A program made the translations under genes and the position numbers. Of a DNA stretch of 20,000 nucleotides, positions 13,649 to 20,000 are shown in pieces. The notes beneath the pieces are model-generated. The model did no database searches and was not told the DNA's origin. It saw only the letters and a program-made list of their open reading frames with translations. The first letter of the stretch is position 1, and each line of letters starts with the position of its first letter. Source of the stretch: an uncultured virus (IMG/VR IMGVR_UViG_3300009157_000004) (Duplodnaviria > Heunggongvirae > Uroviricota > Caudoviricetes); IMG/VR virus record IMGVR_UViG_3300009157_000004. One strand, written 5' to 3'.

Positions 13649-15730
13649 ATGGCTAAAAAGTTATCCTCCAAGCTCTCCCAGGCCGAATGGGAGCAGAGAT
13701 TCGTCTCGGCATTTAAGCCGATGTCAGATATGGTCAGGCCTACGCAGGAGCTCGACTGGTTTCGCAATATTCTCTATTACTTAGGCCAGCAATGGATCGA
13801 ATGGTTCACGTCTGAGTCCAAGTTTGGCCGGAAGTACGCGGCAGATGTGAATGTGCCGACACCTGTATCGAATCTTATCCGCGAATATGTCCGATCCAAG
13901 AAAGCACTCGTACTCAATAAAGCGTATTCGATGACAGTATGGCCGAATAGTGCAGAACAGTTCGACAAGGATGCCGCCGAGGTGGGCCAGAATATACTTG
14001 ATCACCTGAGGACTGCTGACGACGAAGAGGATCTCGAGCTTCAGGAAGAGACGGCTATGTGGTGGCTGATTTGCGGCAATGCGTTCCCGCGCGTGTTCCC
14101 GGATATGGAGAGAGGCGGATACATCCCCTTTGCTGAAGGTGTCGTAGGCCGTGGCGAAGTTGGCATGGACATCGTACTGCCGTTTAATATCAAGGTGCCG
14201 ACTATTGGGACCAGATTAAAGCGTAAGCCCTGGGTAGGAATCCATACGCTCGTGCTCAAAGAATGGCTGGAGGATACGTACAAGGTTAAAGTCGAAGGGT
14301 CTGCGTCTGGGGAGCTGGACTATCAGAAAGAGTTACTTACGCTTGTTGGCAACGTGTCGAGCTGGAACAGTTCCGGGGATGCGCTGGCGATGGACATCGA
14401 GAACAAGGATCTGGTGATTGTTAAAGAACTCGAATACCGTCCCACAGCCACTTATCCCAAAGGCCAGTATGCTATCATGGCCGGAAATGACGTTATCTAT
14501 ACACGTGATGATATGCTCATTCCGACTGATGCAGATTCGGGATTCTGGAGCTATTCAGTAACCCATGTGAAATATGATCTAGTCCCTGGTAGTTTCTGGG
14601 CCACTGGTGCCGTGGATGATCTCCTCTCGCCCCAGCGGACGATTAACGAGATTGATCAGGCACTTGAGATCAACCGCAAGTCATTTGGCCGCCCCTTCTT
14701 GTTAACCCCGGCAGAACTCACACTTAAGCGTGTCTCGGCCCGGGGCCAGGGTATCCTCGCTGTTACTTATGACGCAATGAAGGCCCGTAATCTCCAGCCG
14801 ACAATTCATCAAGGCGTACCCTATCCTGCCCAGATTATTGAAGAAAGATCGATTAAGATGGAAGCAGCTCAGAATGCAGGCGGAGATCCGAAGAATGTAA
14901 TGAAGGGGTCGCAGCCGTCAGCCAATGCCTCTGGGACCTTATTCGACATTATGCGTGAAGCCGCAGAGCAGAGCCATGCCCCGGATATTAAACGATTCTA
15001 CCGCGCCTGGAAGCAAGTCGAGAGAAAGAAACTCATCCTTGCGCAGACACTATTCAGCGAAGAGCGGATGATCAAGTATAAGGGCAAGGGGAACGAGGCA
15101 CTGGTTAAACGGTATAAAGGTTCGGATATACACAACAATTTCGATGTGCGTATGGACTTGGATAGTGGCATCGCCTCGACGCAGGCCGGCACCAAGGATA
15201 TGATGATGCAGTTATTGCAGTATAAGCTCTGGGACCCTAGCATACCCGCCGTAACACGCAGAGAGGTGCTTAAACGCGTAGGGCTGGGAGGGTTCCCTGA
15301 AGAGAGCAATGTGCATCGGGATAGAGCCGAATGGGAGAATAGCATGATATCAACCGGTCAGATGGACATCATTGCTACCCCTGGGATACCCGATAAGGTG
15401 GCAACCGATCCCCAGACGGGCCAGGAAGATATCGCGAGTTATAAGATTGAACCGGTTGTTGACCCTGTGTTTAAGTTCGATAACCATCAGATTCATCTGG
15501 TCACGCACGCGATATTCATATTTAGTAGAGAGTTCAAGGGATTAACTAAGGCGGTACAGTTACTCGCCCTGGGCCATTACGAAATGCACAAGGTTACAAT
15601 GGAACAGGAGATGGCACAGCAGGCTGCCCAGGGTGCAGCACTCGAAGCTGCGGCGAAAGGGAAGACAGCTGAACAACCTGGAGCTGTGCCTGAAGCTGGT
15701 GGAGAGACAGATACCTACCAAGGAGCGTAA
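13649..15730 (+). CDS. Portal protein (large, ~693 aa)
   Basis: Lies between terL and scaffold/capsid; 'YYLGQQW', 'NLIREYV', 'DDLLSPQRTINEI', 'ASG', Q/A-rich tail; AAGGAG RBS supports the start at 13649. Confidence 0.88.
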   Translation: MAKKLSSKLSQAEWEQRFVSAFKPMSDMVRPTQELDWFRNILYYLGQQWIEWFTSESKFGRKYAADVNVPTPVSNLIREYVRSKKALVLNKAYSMTVWPNSAEQFDKDAAEVGQNILDHLRTADDEEDLELQEETAMWWLICGNAFPRVFPDMERGGYIPFAEGVVGRGEVGMDIVLPFNIKVPTIGTRLKRKPWVGIHTLVLKEWLEDTYKVKVEGSASGELDYQKELLTLVGNVSSWNSSGDALAMDIENKDLVIVKELEYRPTATYPKGQYAIMAGNDVIYTRDDMLIPTDADSGFWSYSVTHVKYDLVPGSFWATGAVDDLLSPQRTINEIDQALEINRKSFGRPFLLTPAELTLKRVSARGQGILAVTYDAMKARNLQPTIHQGVPYPAQIIEERSIKMEAAQNAGGDPKNVMKGSQPSANASGTLFDIMREAAEQSHAPDIKRFYRAWKQVERKKLILAQTLFSEERMIKYKGKGNEALVKRYKGSDIHNNFDVRMDLDSGIASTQAGTKDMMMQLLQYKLWDPSIPAVTRREVLKRVGLGGFPEESNVHRDRAEWENSMISTGQMDIIATPGIPDKVATDPQTGQEDIASYKIEPVVDPVFKFDNHQIHLVTHAIFIFSREFKGLTKAVQLLALGHYEMHKVTMEQEMAQQAAQGAALEAAAKGKTAEQPGAVPEAGGETDTYQGA

Positions 15731-15783
15731 CATTTTAGAACCAAATATGTATACAAGTTTGTGGCAAAAACAGGGGTAATATT

Positions 15784-15948
15784 ATGCCTGATACATACCA
15801 AGCCTACGTTGCAAAATGCAATGCAGAGAAGACCAAACCACTCGCTGAGAAAGAGTGGAAGAAGAAGAACACTTTAAGCATCCGGTCTGCGGTTGGTGCG
15901 ATTAAAACCCGACAGCAGCAGATGAAGGAAGTAATGGGGGGTAATTGA
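15784..15948 (+). CDS. Small basic hypothetical protein (54 aa; MPDTYQAYVAKCNAEK...)
   Basis: AGGGGT RBS; fills the portal-scaffold gap. Not in the ORF track. Confidence 0.55.
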   Translation: MPDTYQAYVAKCNAEKTKPLAEKEWKKKNTLSIRSAVGAIKTRQQQMKEVMGGN

Positions 15949-16051
15949 GAATGATTCTCAATAGCAATAATCACTGAACCGCTTCCGAATAGAATTTTAG
16001 AACCACTTTTATCTAATAGTGTCGAGCACCTATTAGCTTAATAAGGAGAAA

Positions 16052-17026
16052 ATGATGGGTATAAGAGAAGGCCTCAAAGAGGCAAACGCGGAATTTACAG
16101 CCGCACTGACACAGGAACTTAACGCGGGGCAAGACGACGGAAACGCCGCCAAACCAGCCTCCCCAGCTGGAGAAGATAAATCTGGGCAAGCCGCAGCGGC
16201 AGCCTCCCAGACTGCCGACAAAGATGCTGGCAACAAAAATGCTGGCGCAGACGGTGCGACTAAGGATGAGGAGACACTCCCATTCGACAAGCATCCAAAG
16301 TGGATCTCAGCACGTCAAGCTGAGAAAAAGATGCAGGAGACCCTGGAGAAATTCGGGCTCGAGTCGATTGACGAATTGACTGAGCGCATGGAAGCCGGGG
16401 AATCGCTCAAGGGTATCCTCGGGGGCAAAGACCCCAAGAAGCTTATCGAGGATGCTGACTACCTGGCGAAGGTCAAAGAGTACTGGGCGCAACAAGACGC
16501 GCTCAATAAAGAGAAAGAGGAGACTCTCGAAGAGACCGTTACGCGTCTCAAGAAAGAAAAGGAAGATATCCTCAAAGGTAAACAGGCCGAGGAAGACGGT
16601 AAGAAAGAAAAGGAAAGTGCCGAGAAAGCAGTGCAGGACTATACGAGCTTTGTGAATAAGGCATTAACCGCTTCCGGAATCACTGGTAAAATGGCCGAGC
16701 TTACCAAACTGGCATTGACCCTGGACAATCCGCTTGTAGATGTGACTGATATTACGGACAAGAAAGCGGTAAAGGACGCGACGGATAAGGTTCTTACACA
16801 GGTCAAAACGCTCTATGATGCGATCAAGCAGGAAGTGATTGCAGAATATGCCAAGACTAAAGGGGATGTCCCCAAAGTGCCTGGCGCAACCGGAGCAGCG
16901 ACCAATACTACAGTGGTTGATACAGTAGATGAGTCTAAACTTACTCTGGCGCAGCGCAGGAAACGTGCTGACGATGAGGTTTTAAAAATCATGCTCTCGG
17001 CAAAGGGTGCCATAGATAATAGTTGA
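16052..17026 (+). CDS. Capsid scaffolding protein
   Basis: Directly upstream of the major capsid gene; low-complexity N-terminus, PFDKHPKW motif, E/K-rich coiled coils; TAAGGAG RBS. Confidence 0.75.
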   Translation: MMGIREGLKEANAEFTAALTQELNAGQDDGNAAKPASPAGEDKSGQAAAAASQTADKDAGNKNAGADGATKDEETLPFDKHPKWISARQAEKKMQETLEKFGLESIDELTERMEAGESLKGILGGKDPKKLIEDADYLAKVKEYWAQQDALNKEKEETLEETVTRLKKEKEDILKGKQAEEDGKKEKESAEKAVQDYTSFVNKALTASGITGKMAELTKLALTLDNPLVDVTDITDKKAVKDATDKVLTQVKTLYDAIKQEVIAEYAKTKGDVPKVPGATGAATNTTVVDTVDESKLTLAQRRKRADDEVLKIMLSAKGAIDNS

Positions 17027-17092
17027 CGAGTTAACTAATTGTCGAATCGCATTTTCTGCTTGGGGGCCAACTAATATGAAAGGACTATTAAA

Positions 17093-18463
17093 ATGGCTGA
17101 TGACGGCTTGACCCACAACACTACCGCTATAGCATTCCAGCTCAAAAGGGTTTATGGAAAACTCCTGACCGCTCTGGCTGCAAAGCAGAAAATGACCTAT
17201 AACCTGTTCGAGGAATCGAACCGTAAGGCGGCAATTCAGCCGCGCGGTGCCGGATACTATTTCGGCGTCCGGACTAAATCCAACCAGGCAATCGGTGCCC
17301 GTGGTGAGGATGAGTATTTGCCTGATGCCCTCCAGCCGGCTGGGACCCAGGGAGTAATTCTGCCCAAGTATGTATACGGTACCCTGAGACTCTCCGGCCC
17401 GGCTCTTTATGCTGCAAAGGGTAACGAGGCTGCATTCGTCGAACAGCAGGGCGATGCGGTTATGGACACCTACGAGTCCCTGGTCGAAGATCTTAACCGG
17501 CAGTGCCACGGCGACGGGCACGGCAAGTTGGCAGTGATGTCTACTTCCGCGACCTCTAGCACCTCGGCGACCTGGACAGTAACCTGCAACAACGACCTGG
17601 GAGTAAGGTATCTGAAACCCGGCATGGTTGTAGATTTCTACGGCTCCAGCGGCGCGACACCCGATTCCACCTGTTCGTCTTCAAGGATCTCGAGCATTAA
17701 CCCGATTACCCGTGTGGTAACGATGGAAAAGTGCGTTGATACGACTTACAACCAGTATCACCCCAATTCCACAATGAGGGCTTACACCCCTGGTACCAGT
17801 ACTTCAACCGGTCAGACCATTGCCTCGGCAGACGTTATTGTTCGCCAGGGCGCGCGTGACGCCGCATGGACGAGCGCTGATACACCCGTTGAGATGGTGG
17901 GGCTCCTGGGCCAGTATGACGACAGCACCCTGCTTGCCGCTCATGAGGGGATCACGATCAGCTCTTATCCCGATTTCGTAGCGAATGTGCTGGATAACTC
18001 CGGTACCAATCGCGCACTCAGCCTCGACCTGATGCTGGCGGCTATGGATATGACTGCGGCCAGATACGGCCAGCAGCCGAACCTGATCAGAATGGGCCTC
18101 GGCCAGAGAAGGAAGTATTTTGCTCTGTTGGCTCCTGATGTCAGGTTTGCCCCTGGGGAGTTCATCGGCGGATACGAGAAACTCGCATTCAGCCAGAATG
18201 GTGCGGTGAGTATTCTCGTTGACCCCGTTACCCAGCCGAATAAGCTGTTCTTCGAGGTAGACGGGCTTATCAAGAAGTACGAGATGAGGCCGCTCGGATG
18301 GCTTGGCGAGGGCGAAAAGATGCAGCTCAGGGAACATTACGACCAGTGGACGATGATCCTGGCCATTTACGCTAACCTGGGAGTCGAGGCGCGTCACGGG
18401 CTTACACTGCTCGATGACCTGACCGAACCCACTGGCGGAACCGGCGGATCGATGCCCTTCTGA
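17093..18463 (+). CDS. Major capsid protein (HK97 fold expected)
   Basis: Size and position; 'LKRVY', 'G.RGE...LP', 'YGTLRLSG', 'DLNRQCHGDG.G.L', and C-terminal 'YANLG' patterns typical of phage MCPs. Confidence 0.88.
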   Translation: MADDGLTHNTTAIAFQLKRVYGKLLTALAAKQKMTYNLFEESNRKAAIQPRGAGYYFGVRTKSNQAIGARGEDEYLPDALQPAGTQGVILPKYVYGTLRLSGPALYAAKGNEAAFVEQQGDAVMDTYESLVEDLNRQCHGDGHGKLAVMSTSATSSTSATWTVTCNNDLGVRYLKPGMVVDFYGSSGATPDSTCSSSRISSINPITRVVTMEKCVDTTYNQYHPNSTMRAYTPGTSTSTGQTIASADVIVRQGARDAAWTSADTPVEMVGLLGQYDDSTLLAAHEGITISSYPDFVANVLDNSGTNRALSLDLMLAAMDMTAARYGQQPNLIRMGLGQRRKYFALLAPDVRFAPGEFIGGYEKLAFSQNGAVSILVDPVTQPNKLFFEVDGLIKKYEMRPLGWLGEGEKMQLREHYDQWTMILAIYANLGVEARHGLTLLDDLTEPTGGTGGSMPF

Positions 18464-18486
18464 TTAAGGGAGTAGTTATCTAATTG

Positions 18487-18538
18487 TCAGGGGTCTTGAA
18501 AGTTGTCCGGTCCTCCTGCAACGAGTAGGGGCCTCTGA
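18487..18538 (+). other. Stem-loop downstream of the capsid gene
   Basis: TCAGGGGTCTT/GGGGCCTCTGA stem (G:U pairs on the plus strand) with inner GTTG/CAAC; no U-tract. Confidence 0.4.
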
Positions 18539-18601
18539 TACCCAATTAACAATTTAAGCAGTATCCGGTTAAGCCGGGGTAAACTATGAAAGGGATGAAT
18601 T

Positions 18602-19540
18602 ATGATCAGAGATTATAATATTGCGATGGATGCTGCGATCCAGCCGCAGAAGATACTTGGCGGGGGCGGTGGCTACAACCTTGGTTTCCTGGGCGGAGCT
18701 CTAAGACCCGGTTCAGATGTCCAAGGCCAGATTTATTATATCCACGACGGTGTAGGATCTAATGCTAATGACGGGCTCTCTCCCGACACTCCGTTGGCTA
18801 CGATTCTGGAAGCCCGAACCCGTTCAGCTGCTCGGATTAACTGGTCAGCGAGTGGCGTCCCCTGGGCGAACAATGACGTAGTTGTTATCTACCCGGGGAA
18901 CTATGACGAGACCAATCTTACTTCAGGGCTATATGGTATTCATGTTATAGGTCTTGGGAATGCCAATGATGTCAACGGGGAAACCGGAGTTGTGATCAAA
19001 CCCTCTACCGGTGCAGTCTGGGATGCGACTTCGTGGATCAACATGTCTATGAGCAATATCGCTTTTCTAGGCGTAGCGACTGCTGTACCTCTGCTTCAGC
19101 TCGATAACTGCAACAGATGCCTACTTCAGGATCTTGTATTCCAAGGCATTCCCGGTGCATCTGCTACCACAACCAAGGGCTTTGAAGTGGTCAAGGATAT
19201 GACCGGAAGTCAGATGAAACGCTGCACTTTCAACCAGCTGACTCACGGGATCTATCTTGTAGCCGACAACGCCAATTCCAAGCAGATCACAGGCGATTCG
19301 TTCGAAGATATCGAGATAATGCTGACTGAGACAGCCGGTATCTATCTGGACGCTAACTGCGTGCCTTCCGGAACAAGGTTTAAAAGATTCATAATCGGAC
19401 CTACTCCTACACTCGGAGTAGATGATAATTCAGCCACAGCAATGTTTATCCAGGGCTGGGTCGAAGCAACAGGTATGGACCCTGCGAGTGCATCCGGACA
19501 TTACAGTCAGGTGTACGTTAATGGTACTCTTTACACCTAA
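18602..19540 (+). CDS. Right-handed beta-helix (pectin-lyase-like) virion protein, likely head fibre or decoration
   Basis: 'YYIHDGVGSNANDGLSPDTPLATILEA', 'DVVVIYPGNY' and repeated GIYL strands; directly follows the MCP. Confidence 0.7.
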   Translation: MIRDYNIAMDAAIQPQKILGGGGGYNLGFLGGALRPGSDVQGQIYYIHDGVGSNANDGLSPDTPLATILEARTRSAARINWSASGVPWANNDVVVIYPGNYDETNLTSGLYGIHVIGLGNANDVNGETGVVIKPSTGAVWDATSWINMSMSNIAFLGVATAVPLLQLDNCNRCLLQDLVFQGIPGASATTTKGFEVVKDMTGSQMKRCTFNQLTHGIYLVADNANSKQITGDSFEDIEIMLTETAGIYLDANCVPSGTRFKRFIIGPTPTLGVDDNSATAMFIQGWVEATGMDPASASGHYSQVYVNGTLYT

Positions 19541-19561
19541 TAGTTAAAAGTTTTGCAGATT

Positions 19562-19588
19562 AAGGGGGTTCTAACCAGCCCCCTTTTT
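19562..19588 (+). terminator. Rho-independent terminator
   Basis: AAGGGGGTT-CTAACC-AGCCCCCTT stem ending in a 5-T run. Confidence 0.65.
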
Positions 19589-19602
19589 CGAAGAGGTGTG
19601 AG

Positions 19603-19824
19603 ATGGGTTCGAATTTAAAAGTGAAAGAGACGTGTTCCTCCTGTGGTGGAACAGGAGATCAGCCTCTGCACCCTACAGGTAGTGTTACCTGTTCCATGTG
19701 CGGGGGCTCCGGGAAGAGAGAAACTGCTACAATACACCTTGATGTAGATTTTGACGATGTTATGGATAAACTGAACGACGTTATGGATAAATTAGACGAT
19801 ATCCAGGAGAAGCTCGACGAATGA
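19603..19824 (+). CDS. Small DnaJ-type zinc-finger protein with acidic heptad-repeat coiled coil
   Basis: CSSCGGTG and CSMCGGSG; DDVMDKL-NDVMDKL-DDIQEKL; GAGGTG RBS. Confidence 0.75.
   Translation: MGSNLKVKETCSSCGGTGDQPLHPTGSVTCSMCGGSGKRETATIHLDVDFDDVMDKLNDVMDKLDDIQEKLDE
19753..19815 (+). repeat. Three 21-bp coding tandem repeats
   Basis: gacgatgttatggataaactg / aacgacgttatggataaatta / gacgatatccaggagaagctc. Confidence 0.7.
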
Positions 19825-20000
19825 GTAGACCGCGTTACAGCATAGACAACGATATTACAGGGACGGTGGAAGCTGCTAGACCTCGGATGTTGGATGCCGA
19901 AACGAAACATCAAGTATACGGTGTAGAGATGGCAGAAAAGCATTACAAAGATGTTGTCTATTATCGTCAGCGTCAAGGTGGAGAGGGATGGTTTCATGGG
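19821..20000 (+). CDS. Hypothetical protein, 5' part only (MSRPRYSIDNDITG...)
   Basis: ATGA overlap with the upstream stop; open to the window edge. Confidence 0.6.
   Translation, partial: MSRPRYSIDNDITGTVEAARPRMLDAETKHQVYGVEMAEKHYKDVVYYRQRQGGEGWFHG

Noticed and set aside
18440..18602. Programmed frameshift or readthrough extending the capsid protein
   Set aside because: No clear slippery heptamer at the MCP end, and the next gene is ~140 nt away with its own RBS.
8386..19997. Minus-strand ORFs in the right arm (e.g. 8386-8790, 16982-17521, 17804-18397, 19659-19997)
   Set aside because: Antisense shadows of terS, portal, scaffold, capsid and other plus-strand genes.
1..20000. tRNA or rRNA genes, integrase/att site, alternative genetic code
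   Set aside because: No cloverleaf or recombinase was recognised, and the large genes are intact under the standard code.

Overview
This window is an internal 20 kb segment of a tailed dsDNA bacteriophage or prophage (Caudoviricetes), with two divergent arms meeting at about 7.8-8.1 kb. The minus-strand arm (1-7755) is a dense early/middle operon of small, often Cys-rich hypothetical genes leading into an 857-aa family-A DNA polymerase whose N-terminus is a complete family-4-like uracil-DNA glycosylase domain. This arm appears to start at a near-consensus sigma-54 (-24/-12) promoter with an IHF-like site and repeated palindromic boxes upstream, and it carries long intergenic RNA hairpins. The plus-strand arm (8153-20000) is the packaging and head module: terminase small subunit, a mostly non-coding interval with a G/C-run pac-like stretch and a ~215-bp imperfect palindrome built from GACA repeats (origin-like), a FliA-like sigma factor with a degenerate -35 recognition helix, terminase large subunit, a probable Acb2/Tad1-like anti-defence sponge, portal, scaffold, major capsid protein and a beta-helix protein. 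No tRNA, rRNA, CRISPR array, integrase or transposase was seen. All family assignments come from motif recognition by eye; no database search was run.
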